64,000 nt of DNA from Patescibacteria group bacterium (lineage in GTDB: Bacteria > Patescibacteriota > UBA1384 > UBA12157 > JAENIV01): the NCBI GenBank assembly GCA_041666185.1, contig JBAYHL010000001.1, positions 69,073-133,072 of the forward strand, given 5' to 3'. Shown in pieces: positions 53,141-63,267 of this stretch. The notes below the pieces were generated by a model. That model did not search any database and was not told the DNA's origin. It saw nothing but the letters and a program-made list of their open reading frames with translations. The position numbers and the translations under genes were made by a program. Each line of letters starts with the position of its first letter. Positions within the stretch are counted from its first letter, which is position 1.

Positions 53141-54832
53141 TTAATTGAGCTCAAATATAAATAACCCCGGCGTAATTTGTTCAAATGGATATTTTTTAAG
53201 CCACGAGTAAGAACCGGACTCAAAATAGGTTGCTGAAATAACTACTGGGCCTTTAATATTTTTATTTTCCGAATATAGAGGTTCGAAATTAATTCCATAA
53301 TGCTCTAAAGCCTTATCACCATCCCAAGGATAAACCAAATAAACTTTTTCTATTTTGTTATCGCCAAGATATTTCTTTAATCGATAAATATCTTGACCCC
53401 AGTCTAAATTAGAGTCAGTTAAAATCTTGTAACCATTTTTTTGTCCACCGGCAAATTCATTAAAATAAGCTAAATAATTTGGAAAGCTTATCAAAGCTGA
53501 AATAAAATACCAAGCAATAAGACACAGAAAAACAATTGAAAAAACTTTTGTTTTGATATTTACTTTCTTTAATTTCGAAATATCAAATAAGTTGATTGAC
53601 TTAGAAATGAAAACGAACAGAAATGGAAAAATTGGCAAAATATGACGAATACCCAAATCAGCCTTAGAAAACATTGCAAAAACAAGGAACATAATTGGCG
53701 GTAAAATTAGTAAAACTTCGTCAAATAACTCTTTGGCCCGAATTTTTTTCCAAAATATAATTGTAAATATTAGAAAGAAAAATATTGGAATCGGTGTTTT
53801 GTAAAAGATCGTTACCGGGAAATAATACCACCATCCATTATTAGATAACTGGCCAAAAAGATAAGAACTATGACCCACGGCCGCATGACGAAAAACTAAA
53901 TATATACCTTTATAAAATTCAGCTGGAAAAAATAAAACTCTAGCTTTATCCAAAAAATCAGTTAAAGAAGATGTTAATTGAAAGTTCCCCCAAAAATATT
54001 CGCCAATAAAACCTGGCGGAACTAAAGTTGGTGTTTTAATTGAAAAACCATAGCTTGCCCAAATTACAACAAAAGATATTAACAATGCCCCCATAAAACC
54101 AATGAAATATTTTAATAAAAATTTACTTTTTTGTTTTTCGAAAATTAAAGCTCTAATTAAAAATAATAAAAACAATATTGGCAAAACAATCAATCCGGTA
54201 AATTTTGAAGACAATATTAATCCCAAAGAAAGACCACTAAAAAATAAATTTAAAAAGTTTGGTTTTTTTAAGAAATTTCCCCAAAGATAAACTGTTAAAA
54301 ACATAAAAAATGTCAAACCCAAATCAGTATTAATTAAACGGCCGTGCGCTAAGATATTTGGAAAAAATAAAATAAGAAAAGCAGCAAAAATACCTGACTT
54401 CATTCCATATAATTTCTTTGCCCACAAAAAACCTGCAAAGCCTAAAAGAAGAGTCAGCATCACAAAAGGTAGTCTTCCCCAAAATAAAAGTTTTGTTGGA
54501 TCGTTACCTAAAGAATAAAAGAAGTTTTCACTTAAAACTCTGGCTTCATACCATGAATCATAGTAAAAATTTCCTGCCTCATTCCATAAGCTACCTAAAG
54601 GAATCTCCAAGTTCTTGAAAGCTAATAACGGTAAGGCAGATATTTCTTTGAGTAGTGGCGGGTGCTCTGTATCAAGTCGAAAATCCCCTTTCGTCAAATA
54701 AGTGTAGCCAGCAAACAAATGAATGGCTTCGTCAGTTGTTTGAGAGTCCTTAAAACAAGAAAAAATCATTAATAAAAAAGCAATTGTGAAAATAGCTACA
54801 AGAACAATTTTTTGCCAAAAATTTCTTTTCAT
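53141..54832 (-). CDS. ArnT/PMT family (GT-C) glycosyltransferase
   Basis: TTDE..H, EHPPL, DSNLDWGQD, many TM segments. Confidence 0.85.
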   Translation of the reverse strand: MKRNFWQKIVLVAIFTIAFLLMIFSCFKDSQTTDEAIHLFAGYTYLTKGDFRLDTEHPPLLKEISALPLLAFKNLEIPLGSLWNEAGNFYYDSWYEARVLSENFFYSLGNDPTKLLFWGRLPFVMLTLLLGFAGFLWAKKLYGMKSGIFAAFLILFFPNILAHGRLINTDLGLTFFMFLTVYLWGNFLKKPNFLNLFFSGLSLGLILSSKFTGLIVLPILFLLFLIRALIFEKQKSKFLLKYFIGFMGALLISFVVIWASYGFSIKTPTLVPPGFIGEYFWGNFQLTSSLTDFLDKARVLFFPAEFYKGIYLVFRHAAVGHSSYLFGQLSNNGWWYYFPVTIFYKTPIPIFFFLIFTIIFWKKIRAKELFDEVLLILPPIMFLVFAMFSKADLGIRHILPIFPFLFVFISKSINLFDISKLKKVNIKTKVFSIVFLCLIAWYFISALISFPNYLAYFNEFAGGQKNGYKILTDSNLDWGQDIYRLKKYLGDNKIEKVYLVYPWDGDKALEHYGINFEPLYSENKNIKGPVVISATYFESGSYSWLKKYPFEQITPGLFIFELN

Positions 54833-54844
54833 TTTTATTTTGAT

Positions 54845-56344
54845 TTAATGAGTTGAAACAGCTTTTTTTTCTGTTACATAAAAAGTCATATATTTACCAA
54901 ACATAAAACGCGTCTGAGCATCGATTGCCGGAAAAGAACTAAATAACATTGCTGTAAAAGGAATCAGAACCCATTGATAAATCATGCTTAAAAAATGATG
55001 GCGACGATAGCCACGAGGCATTGGTGGCAAAAGAAGGATTGAAATTGTCATTGATGTTAGAAGACCTATCCATGTTAACCCCAATAAGACTCTAATAACC
55101 GTTGGTAAATTTTGAGCCAAAACCGTGTCTTGGAAACCAGGACCAAAAAGAAGAGGTAACCAAGCAATCACAGCGATATAAATTGAAGAAGTTGCTAGAG
55201 AATAATTAGCTTCAAACATTCGATAAATTTTTATTAACCTATCGTTTAAAGGGATATTTTTGGCTTTAATTGATTTCTCTACTACGTAAGGAAAATGTTC
55301 AACTCCATAATACCAACGTTTCTTTTGTAGATATTGATTTTTAAAAGTCTGCCAAAAACCGTCCGCCAAAACAGCATCCATATAAACCGGTACAAAAATT
55401 GGTACAACTTCATGATCACCATCAAACTTAAAATAAGCTCGCCAAAATTGACGAGAATCTTCATTAACAACTGTTGTGTCCCAAAAATCAATTTCCACCA
55501 AAGTCTTTAAACTCATAGAATGGGTTGAGAAATTGATTAGCCGCCAAGGTCGCGTTGCTTCAATTAGTTGCCAAAAAGAATTACCAAAAGCAATGATTCT
55601 GGAAAAGCCTGGCGCTTGCCAAATATTATTCGAATAAAGCGGTATTGGTTGAAAGCTGCGATGTTCCCTATTTGGGTTTGTGGCATATTGGTAAGTAAGA
55701 CAAGGAAAATATTTTTTGTGAAGTCTTGAGTCAGCATCACAAGTCGTGACCAAAACGTCTTCAAGAGGTATATTTTTACTTTCAACAAACTTTTGTAAAG
55801 ATTTAGCCGCCCATTTAACGTTGGCACCTTTTGCCTTAACTTCACCGGGAATATCAGGATGAATAGTTACTAAAAACTTAAAAAATTTAGATCCGAATTT
55901 TTCTTTTAAAATCTGGGCGTTTTTTTCAGCTCTTTCTAAATCGCGTTTTTCGGTCGCCAAAACAACAATAATTCTTTCTCTTGGATAATCAGAATCTAAA
56001 ATTGACTCAAAAGAAGGAATTAAAATATCAACGTCTTCTTTATAAGTAGCAAAAATGACCGCCTGATATATTTTTTTGTAATCCAAATTAATATTATCTT
56101 TTGGAATATTTTTGCATCGCTCCCACCAATCAACTCTTAATGCTTTTTTTAGACCACGATAACCAGAAACAAGATGATAACCCATTAAAATTGACTTATA
56201 CAACCAATATAAATCAAAGGTTAAAACAAAAGTTGCTACTGCGGCTGGCCAAAAAAACGAGAAGAAAATTGGCAAAATAAGTGAAGCCCAAGTGACTGCA
56301 CCAGGAAGAATTTCTAAAAATCTAGTAAGTTTTGTTCTTTTCAT
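54845..56344 (-). CDS. GT2 family membrane glycosyltransferase
   Basis: CDAD, ED, QKKRW motifs. Confidence 0.85.
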   Translation of the reverse strand: MKRTKLTRFLEILPGAVTWASLILPIFFSFFWPAAVATFVLTFDLYWLYKSILMGYHLVSGYRGLKKALRVDWWERCKNIPKDNINLDYKKIYQAVIFATYKEDVDILIPSFESILDSDYPRERIIVVLATEKRDLERAEKNAQILKEKFGSKFFKFLVTIHPDIPGEVKAKGANVKWAAKSLQKFVESKNIPLEDVLVTTCDADSRLHKKYFPCLTYQYATNPNREHRSFQPIPLYSNNIWQAPGFSRIIAFGNSFWQLIEATRPWRLINFSTHSMSLKTLVEIDFWDTTVVNEDSRQFWRAYFKFDGDHEVVPIFVPVYMDAVLADGFWQTFKNQYLQKKRWYYGVEHFPYVVEKSIKAKNIPLNDRLIKIYRMFEANYSLATSSIYIAVIAWLPLLFGPGFQDTVLAQNLPTVIRVLLGLTWIGLLTSMTISILLLPPMPRGYRRHHFLSMIYQWVLIPFTAMLFSSFPAIDAQTRFMFGKYMTFYVTEKKAVSTH

Positions 56345-56386
56345 TTCGTCGCTAACGCTCCTTAATGTAAACTTTTTAGTTTAAAT

Positions 56387-56704
56387 TTAAAAAACTACCG
56401 TCAAATATCGAATTAATATTAACATTAAAACTTGGGTAAAAAATCCAACAGAAATTAAGAAATAACTTGCCATTTTCTCCCTTTCCCACAGGAAATTACC
56501 CAAAATAAGATTTAAGAAGATTAAACCAGAAGAAAAAATAAAAGGAAGAGGATTTTGTTTAATCTTAACTTCGAAAATATACCATAAAATGGCATTCAAA
56601 ATCAAGGATATTGAGACAATTATAATAACTGGCAATGTTTTCCAAAAAGAATTGAAAACAAAATCTTTTAAAATATTTAATAGAATTGATAATATTTTTT
56701 TCAT
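56387..56704 (-). CDS. hypothetical membrane protein
   Basis: three hydrophobic segments. Confidence 0.6.
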   Translation of the reverse strand: MKKILSILLNILKDFVFNSFWKTLPVIIIVSISLILNAILWYIFEVKIKQNPLPFIFSSGLIFLNLILGNFLWEREKMASYFLISVGFFTQVLMLILIRYLTVVF

Positions 56705-56717
56705 ATTTATTTTTTGT

Positions 56718-56792
56718 TGGAGCCGGAGGCGGGATTCGAACCCGCGACTTGCTATTTACGAAACAGCTACTCTACCCCTGAGTTACTCCGGC
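56718..56792 (-). tRNA. tRNA-Thr(CGT)
   Basis: GCTGT-TTCGTAA-ATAGC; CCA encoded. Confidence 0.92.
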
Positions 56793-56805
56793 AAAAATAC
56801 AGATA

Positions 56806-56876
56806 AGCGGGTAACGGGAATCGGACCCGTATATCATCCTTGGGAAGGATGCATTTTGCCACTAAACTATACCCGC
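56806..56876 (-). tRNA. tRNA-Gly(CCC)
   Basis: CATCC-TTCCCAA-GGATG; T-loop TCCGATT. Confidence 0.9.
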
Positions 56877-56958
56877 ATCAGCCTTAATTTTAACAAATTA
56901 CCCCTTAAAATGAAATAGGAGTTTGTGAAAAAATTATTTAATTTTGAGAACGAATTTT

Positions 56959-58635
56959 CTAGGTCTTCTTGCGAGTATATTTTAGAATGAAAAGTATTAA
57001 AATTATAATTCCACCAAATAAAATACCATAAGCCACCCACAAATTTAACATTTTTGTTTCTAAATTTACATCCGAATCACCTTTGACATCAAAAGGCTGT
57101 GTTCGACTACTTAAATATCCGGGAGATTGATAAGTTAAACGATATTTTCCTTCTGGAAGTTGTAAATTATAGGAACCATCAATTATTGGTGCTTCACTCT
57201 GCTTATACCAAGCCGAACCATCATTTTTATAGGCAATCACATTACCATTTAATAAAGATTTTGATCCACCATCAACACTGCCTAAAACTTGAGGTTTTGT
57301 TTCGTTCACTTGAAAATCACTAGTATCAATATTTACACCAGCAACTTCTTTTGGTGTGAATTCGCTTTTAGGCTGATCTGCTTCGGCTAAATAGTAATTA
57401 TCCAATTGACAGAAAATTGGTCTTGAGCCAAAACTTAAAGTTGTGTCACCATTATTCCAAGCCATAATTACTGATCCTGAAACATCGTGACCATCTAAAT
57501 CATAACAACGCATTCCTGAAGCATTAACGTGAAAACCAGTAATTTGATTACCATTTGGGTTCCAGGCTGCCGCTACTCCGCCACCAGCATCGTTAAAAAT
57601 ATAAAACTTAGATTCATTATCTAAATCAAACCATTGAGAAATTCTTTTTGTCCCTAAAAATTCAATTGTTTTCTTATAGTAGTTATAAGCTGGTTTAGCG
57701 GCAAAGTTATTACGCATTAAACCATAACTGTTACCCGATTCGTCACGAAGATTATAAGGCATAATTTTGCCAACTTCATTAATAGTTCTTGCCAAAATCA
57801 CTGCCCTAGAAATTACTTGCCCTTGAGCTTCTTCACCAACCTTACCTGATTCCCAACCAAATTCCGTTAACCAAATTTCTTTACCCCCACCACGAGGAAT
57901 CATAATATTATAAACAAGTTTCGAAAGTTCATCACGCAATTTATTATTTGGATCTGATTCCGGACCAACTCCAGGATAATAATGAACAGAAATCGCATCT
58001 AAATGCTCCCAACCGCCATCATTTAAATAACGGGAAATATAATCACCATCAATATAGGTTGTGCCCCCACTGCCAACACGAGCACTGGGATCAATCGATT
58101 TTATTGTATCGTAAGCCGCTACCAAAACTTCTCGATATTCTTCTGGATTAGGGCTAGGTTTCCACATTGCGTTAGGTTCATTCCAAATTTCCCAATCTTT
58201 AACGTAGCCGCCATAACGCCTGACGAGTACAGCAATATAAGCTTTCCAGTCATTAATATTTGGTTTGTAAAACTGAGCATCTGTTCCAGCTGCTGGATTA
58301 GACGAACCCCATAACGAAGAATAAGCAATCATCCCTAGGACTTTAACATTGTTTCGCCTGTAGGTTGCCACCGCTTGGTCAGCATTCGCTAAATCATAAC
58401 GACCACGACGAGGATTAAGAGTTTGCCAATTAAATTCCTCTCTCGCCCACTCCGCTCCCATAGCTTTAACTTTTTGAGAAGCTAAGTTACGTTGAGCCGG
58501 CATTACTCGGATAATAAATAAGGTATTACTACCATAATACCCATACGCTGTTGAAAAAATTAATAAATTCGAAAGAAGAAAAAAGACTAGTAAGAGTTCA
58601 ATAAGAATATTTTTAGTTTTTTTACGCATTTCCAC
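56959..58635 (-). CDS. clan GH-A glycoside hydrolase (GH39/GH5-like), membrane anchored
   Basis: WEIWNEPN, SVHYY, WLTEFGW. Confidence 0.85.
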   Translation of the reverse strand: MEMRKKTKNILIELLLVFFLLSNLLIFSTAYGYYGSNTLFIIRVMPAQRNLASQKVKAMGAEWAREEFNWQTLNPRRGRYDLANADQAVATYRRNNVKVLGMIAYSSLWGSSNPAAGTDAQFYKPNINDWKAYIAVLVRRYGGYVKDWEIWNEPNAMWKPSPNPEEYREVLVAAYDTIKSIDPSARVGSGGTTYIDGDYISRYLNDGGWEHLDAISVHYYPGVGPESDPNNKLRDELSKLVYNIMIPRGGGKEIWLTEFGWESGKVGEEAQGQVISRAVILARTINEVGKIMPYNLRDESGNSYGLMRNNFAAKPAYNYYKKTIEFLGTKRISQWFDLDNESKFYIFNDAGGGVAAAWNPNGNQITGFHVNASGMRCYDLDGHDVSGSVIMAWNNGDTTLSFGSRPIFCQLDNYYLAEADQPKSEFTPKEVAGVNIDTSDFQVNETKPQVLGSVDGGSKSLLNGNVIAYKNDGSAWYKQSEAPIIDGSYNLQLPEGKYRLTYQSPGYLSSRTQPFDVKGDSDVNLETKMLNLWVAYGILFGGIIILILFILKYTRKKT

Positions 58636-58729
58636 CTCCTTGTATTCTGTTTACAGCATAAAACATAATTAGAACTTTTACAACCTGTTGAAATCAAGCC
58701 CAAATATTGATATAATAACTTAAGCATTA

Positions 58730-58806
58730 GGGCCCGTAGCGTAGCGGTTTAACGCGCCTCCCTGTCACGGAGGAGATCGCCGGTTCGAATCCGGTCGGGC
58801 CCGCCA
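58730..58806 (+). tRNA. tRNA-Asp(GTC), probable integration site
   Basis: CCTCC-CTGTCAC-GGAGG; CCA encoded. Confidence 0.95.
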
Positions 58807-60399
58807 TTCCAAACGAAGAAGCCGTAAAGCTTCTTTTTTGGTATCATTTAAACCAGTTGTTACCCCTGCTAACACTGGTTCCAACCTTTTATATTTGGCT
58901 TCTACCGCTGGATAACGATTAATGATGGGAATCAGCCATTCATTAGGTTTAATATCCAATAATCCGTCTTTTAGCACAAAGTTCCAACCTAAAGCTGAGA
59001 AGATCTCTTTCTTTTGCTGAATATCCCCTATTTCAAAGGCTTTCAAGGCATATGTTACAAAATCAAAGAATCTCTCCCCTAACTCCATCCATTTCTCTGC
59101 TCTGTGGTCAGTATCCTTAAGTTCTTCCTGTAATTTAGCTTTTTTTGCTATCAATTCCTGTTTATTTTGAATATATTCGTCGTCATCTATTAATGATCGC
59201 AATTTCATTTTAAGTAGGTTATCGAGTTCAGTCTGAGTATTATTGATAGCTTTTTGTTGTGATTGATAGATCTTATTTCGATCACCAATTTCTTGATTGC
59301 TCCGACGATTCACAACCGATAGTGCCCAATCTCGAAAAACTGGCATTATTTTTATCCTACTAATCTCTCTTTCAATTTGTGTTTCGAGATTATCCTTGGT
59401 TATATACCCTTGCGAACACCATTTTTTCTTATGAGTGCAATGATAATAAGTAAAACTCTTCAATCGATTAGTACTTTTTATAAGTTTTGTTTTCATCTCG
59501 GCAGTGATTAGACAACCACACTCACCGCAACGGATCTGACCAGTAAAAGGAAAATAGTGCGTTTTGGGTCTTGGTTTGCCTTTTCTACCAAGTAATATTT
59601 GCACTTGATCAAATTCATCAAGAGTTACCATCGCTTCATGCTTCCCGGGATATTCTACCCCTTTATGTAAGATTACGCCTGAATAAAAGGGGTTGGTAAA
59701 CATTGCATAGATTGAACTCCGTGCCAAAGGACCACCGCCCCTTTTTCGCCTTTTTAAAGTAGTAAAACCCCACTGGTTGTTAGCTATATCAAGAATTATT
59801 GGTGGGGTGTAGTTGCCTGTCAGCATTAAATCCCACATTTTTCTAACTAAATCAAATCTTTTCGGATCTTTTATGATTGTATGTTCTGCAGTTTCAATAT
59901 TTACAAAATTTAAATAACCATTGGGTGCTTCTGAAGGCAACCAACCCATACTTAGCTTCTTCTCTAGTCCTCTTTTAACATCAGTTCCGAGTTTAGCTGA
60001 ATAATATTGGCCTTGCGAGAGTACCATTTGCAACATCAAAATACCAGACGCATCATTAATAAAACTATATGAACCGAATTTTAGATCTTTTATAACGCCA
60101 GTTCTTAAGGCATAAGTAATATTGGCAGCGTCTATCTCGTTTCTTGAAAGCCTATCGGGATGCCAAGAGATTATTCCATGAGCTTCGCCTTTTTCGATTC
60201 TTTCCATCATTTTTTGAAATAAAGGCCGATTATATGGCTTGAAAGCACTATGACTTTCTTCGAAATAGTCAACTATCGTCAACTCACCAAAGTATTCTTT
60301 GATTTTATCTTTTTGAGCGGGGATAGAAAGGGCTTGTCGCTCTTCACCTTCGCTGGATTTTCTCAAATAAGCAAAATATTTAATCTTTTCCATATTCAT
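58765..60399 (-). CDS. large serine recombinase
   Basis: YLRKSS catalytic Ser, DRLSRN, recombinase domain, CGECG..YYHC zinc ribbon, coiled coil. Confidence 0.92.
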   Translation of the reverse strand: MNMEKIKYFAYLRKSSEGEERQALSIPAQKDKIKEYFGELTIVDYFEESHSAFKPYNRPLFQKMMERIEKGEAHGIISWHPDRLSRNEIDAANITYALRTGVIKDLKFGSYSFINDASGILMLQMVLSQGQYYSAKLGTDVKRGLEKKLSMGWLPSEAPNGYLNFVNIETAEHTIIKDPKRFDLVRKMWDLMLTGNYTPPIILDIANNQWGFTTLKRRKRGGGPLARSSIYAMFTNPFYSGVILHKGVEYPGKHEAMVTLDEFDQVQILLGRKGKPRPKTHYFPFTGQIRCGECGCLITAEMKTKLIKSTNRLKSFTYYHCTHKKKWCSQGYITKDNLETQIEREISRIKIMPVFRDWALSVVNRRSNQEIGDRNKIYQSQQKAINNTQTELDNLLKMKLRSLIDDDEYIQNKQELIAKKAKLQEELKDTDHRAEKWMELGERFFDFVTYALKAFEIGDIQQKKEIFSALGWNFVLKDGLLDIKPNEWLIPIINRYPAVEAKYKRLEPVLAGVTTGLNDTKKEALRLLRLEWRARPDSNRRSPP

Positions 60400-60441
60400 A
60401 CCTCCTTCGGAGGGTATATTACACCTGTTACATCTTAAATA

Positions 60442-60633
60442 TCAAGGTTTCAATTCTTTTCGCCTCTTTTGAACCGTTTTATATTCTTCAATAGTCATGG
60501 GCTTATAAATAATTTCAAACAAACGAACCAGTTTCGTACCCCGTTCTCTTGCATCTTCTTGGCTAATTTCTTTACCAAACTGTTGCCGATAAATCGCCTG
60601 AAATTGTGTTATTTCGTCGTCTGTTAAAAACAT
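60442..60633 (-). CDS. small hypothetical protein upstream of recombinase
   Basis: FQAIYRQQFGKEISQEDARE..LVRL. Confidence 0.65.
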   Translation of the reverse strand: MFLTDDEITQFQAIYRQQFGKEISQEDARERGTKLVRLFEIIYKPMTIEEYKTVQKRRKELKP

Positions 60634-60638
60634 TGTCG

Positions 60639-60950
60639 TTAATACCCATTAATTTTTGATAACTTATCTTTTGTGTTTTCTGTTTTTCCATAGCCTCGAC
60701 TTTTACCAAATGTTTTAAGATAATAAATTATTGATCTCGCGTCTCCAGCTTTGATAGCATTGATTAAATAGTATTCTGCTATATCCAAAGTAGTTTCACG
60801 CACCTCTACCAGTAAATCTTCCAAATGATATCTTTTTATAGCCCGATAGACGCTTTTCCTCGAAACACCCAGTCCGTTAGCAACATGAGTAATCAAACCT
60901 AATTTGTTTTTTATTGCTATTTCTAGCAGTTCTTTCTTAATTCTTCCCAT
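60639..60950 (-). CDS. HTH protein, terminase-small-subunit-like
   Basis: VANGLGVSRKSVYR..LDIAE..GD..IIYYLKT.GKSRGY. Confidence 0.65.
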   Translation of the reverse strand: MGRIKKELLEIAIKNKLGLITHVANGLGVSRKSVYRAIKRYHLEDLLVEVRETTLDIAEYYLINAIKAGDARSIIYYLKTFGKSRGYGKTENTKDKLSKINGY

Positions 60951-61216
60951 TTCATACCTTCAAATTGCGTGACCTTTGTGGACTTTACACCTTATCGCTT
61001 ATTAATAATTTGAATATTTTTACCTACATTCCTTGCCATTTTCCCGTTATCGCCCACCATTTGTGCTACATTTTGATCAATTTTTATATCATTTTGTTAA
61101 CATTCCGGCTTTATGAAGACACCGTAGATAGCTATATATAAATAACTTGTTAGAAGATAACTAGATTAGCTACTAACTAACTTAGCTATTAGATAGATTA
61201 GATAATAGCTATATAG

Positions 61217-61525
61217 CTATGGCTTTATATCATCTAAATTAATATCTTCATCCTCTATGGAGTTTTTCCTTTTTTCATATTCCTCAAGAGTCAGTCTAGC
61301 AAGTTTATCTTCTAAAACTGAATCTAATATTTTTATTGGTGCAACCCATGCTTGACCACACTTGAATTTAGGCACTTGCACCCAAAGACCACCATTTTTG
61401 CTAATTGAAACTCGCCCCCATTTCAATTCAGCTTTTTCAAAAATCCAAACAACCCTTGCTAAAGTGTTCCCCTTATTAACTAAATCGATTTCAATCGAGG
61501 TTAATTCACCCAAATTCAGTTCCAT
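61217..61525 (-). CDS. SpoVG/SSB-like protein with acidic tail
   Basis: LARV..GGLWVQVP..EDINLDDI. Confidence 0.5.
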   Translation of the reverse strand: MELNLGELTSIEIDLVNKGNTLARVVWIFEKAELKWGRVSISKNGGLWVQVPKFKCGQAWVAPIKILDSVLEDKLARLTLEEYEKRKNSIEDEDINLDDIKP

Positions 61526-61538
61526 CTACATCTCCATT

Positions 61539-61769
61539 CTATTTTTCGCTAAATATCCTATCTTTTAAGTCTTGAACTTTGTTAACATAGGATTTCACTT
61601 TTGTTATCGCTTGATTCTGCCAATAAGCGTTTGTGAGTTCGTTGAGATCCTTAGTTTCTTTAAAAACGAACCAAAATTTATGCCCATCGTTGTCCATTCG
61701 AATTAAGTTTTGGTTTTCGTTTAGAAGAAATGCACACAGGTAGAGATCCTTTAGTTTGATTTCGTTCAT
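61539..61769 (-). CDS. DUF5659-like protein
   Basis: KDLYLCAFL..FVF..LKDRIF. Confidence 0.65.
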   Translation of the reverse strand: MNEIKLKDLYLCAFLLNENQNLIRMDNDGHKFWFVFKETKDLNELTNAYWQNQAITKVKSYVNKVQDLKDRIFSEK

Positions 61770-61815
61770 TTTTGATCCTTTCTACATATCATCTTTGATA
61801 TAATAATTTTTAGGT

Positions 61816-62064
61816 TTAATACTTTTTAGGTTCAACATCATCGGTAGAAAATACAGAAGCCCTAAATCTTTGAGGAATCGGCTTGCCAAAGAAAACCGAC
61901 TTTGGACGAATCTCATAAAAAGGGCATTTGGGCATTTGACAATCCCAACCTCCGCCATGACGATTTTGACCTTCGCAATCAAAACATTTGAACTCAATTC
62001 GTTCATGAAAATCATTAATTTTTGATTGCAATTCTTTTATTTTTTTGCTTTGAAGTTTGCTCAT
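61816..62064 (-). CDS. small Cys-rich protein
   Basis: KCFDC..C.MPKCPFYEIRP. Confidence 0.6.
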   Translation of the reverse strand: MSKLQSKKIKELQSKINDFHERIEFKCFDCEGQNRHGGGWDCQMPKCPFYEIRPKSVFFGKPIPQRFRASVFSTDDVEPKKY

Positions 62065-62178
62065 ATGATTTCAGTAGGGATATACGACGAATTCTTGTCA
62101 AGACCCTGCGACATAAAAAAGAGACCTGTAAATTTACAAATCTCTTTTCTAATTTATTTTTTCGTCGTATTTTTCTTG

Positions 62179-62874
62179 TTAAGGCATTTTTAGCATAAAC
62201 TCATAGCCTTTGCTCGAACGATCAAAATTAGACAACTCAATATAACCATCCCAATCTTTCGGGACTATTTTTTTCCAATTACCTTTAGTATCATCAATCC
62301 ATTTTACATAAACTGTTTTCTCGAACAACTTGAATATCATTTTCACAACATCCTCTCGTGTAAAACTCGCTTTGAGCCATTTACCTTCTCTAACACCCTC
62401 TCGTTTTAATAACGCGACGATAGCTCTCATAAAATGATAGCAATCTGTCCCTCTTGTATTGGATGGCGAGAAATTTATTGCCTTTGGATCACCACCTGGC
62501 ACTTTTAATTTAAATGTTAAATCATCAAACCAAAAATCTCTTTCATCTTCAGGATTACAATCTTTCCTTTTAGTAATTAATTTGTAATAGTTTTCAAAAG
62601 CCGATTCGTCAATTATCTCAACTGTAGCATTAGCAAAGTTGTTAGAATTAGGAAGTCTTTTTATAAAACCTTTTTCGCATAAATAGTTAATAATTTCCAG
62701 TGTGTCGCCTACTCCGCATATGTCATCTACGGAAAATGGTACAAATGATAAAGTTCGACTACCATCCAAAGTAATTTCACTTTTTATCTTTCGTATGATG
62801 TTAATTACTGCATTTGTTTTATATTCTCTGTTCGCCAAAAAAGGATCATCCATATCAATCTCCATCTCTGCCAA
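62179..62874 (-). CDS. hypothetical protein
   Basis: 231-aa ORF; function not recognised. Confidence 0.6.
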   Translation of the reverse strand: MAEMEIDMDDPFLANREYKTNAVINIIRKIKSEITLDGSRTLSFVPFSVDDICGVGDTLEIINYLCEKGFIKRLPNSNNFANATVEIIDESAFENYYKLITKRKDCNPEDERDFWFDDLTFKLKVPGGDPKAINFSPSNTRGTDCYHFMRAIVALLKREGVREGKWLKASFTREDVVKMIFKLFEKTVYVKWIDDTKGNWKKIVPKDWDGYIELSNFDRSSKGYEFMLKMP

Positions 62875-62954
62875 TCATAACACGAAAAACTTGAAATTTT
62901 ACTCTGGGTGGCATAGAATTAAACTATAAATTAGAATTAGCACATTATTAAACC

Positions 62955-63092
62955 GCCTAAACCCGTAAGGGCATGGCAACCAAAAATCCTACAGTGATAT
63001 AAACGGTCTTTCGACCGCACTTATTCACTGTAGGTTCATACCCGAAAGGGTGTGGGACAGTTCCGAAAGGAATTGTCGTGGTTCGAAAGACC
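62955..63092 (+). ncRNA. candidate structured RNA with pseudoknot and GNRA hairpins
   Basis: four stems, three GNRA loops and a 10-bp loop-to-3' pairing; TTGAAA-N17-TAGAAT promoter at 62891-62919. Confidence 0.55.
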
Positions 63093-63122
63093 ATTTTTGT
63101 ATTTAAAAAAAGGGAAATAATC

Positions 63123-63257
63123 ATGAGTGAAAATAAAGATTCAAATAAAGTCTATGGTGATGATTCAAATTGGTGGTGCAGTTGTATCATAGGAGTTGTT
63201 GGAATAATTATAAGCCTATATATTTTGCGTTGGATAGTACATTTTTTAATTTATTGA
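63123..63257 (+). CDS. 44-aa single-TM peptide (not in ORF track)
   Basis: AGGGA RBS; MSENKDSNKVYGDDSNWWCSCIIGVVGIIISLYILRWIVHFLIY. Confidence 0.5.
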   Translation: MSENKDSNKVYGDDSNWWCSCIIGVVGIIISLYILRWIVHFLIY

Positions 63258-63267
63258 GAAGTGGATC

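Noticed and set aside
62955-62977. c-di-GMP-I riboswitch
   Set aside because: Only a P2-like CCTAAA..ATGG element is present; the upstream GCAAA/GAAA P1 arrangement is not seen.
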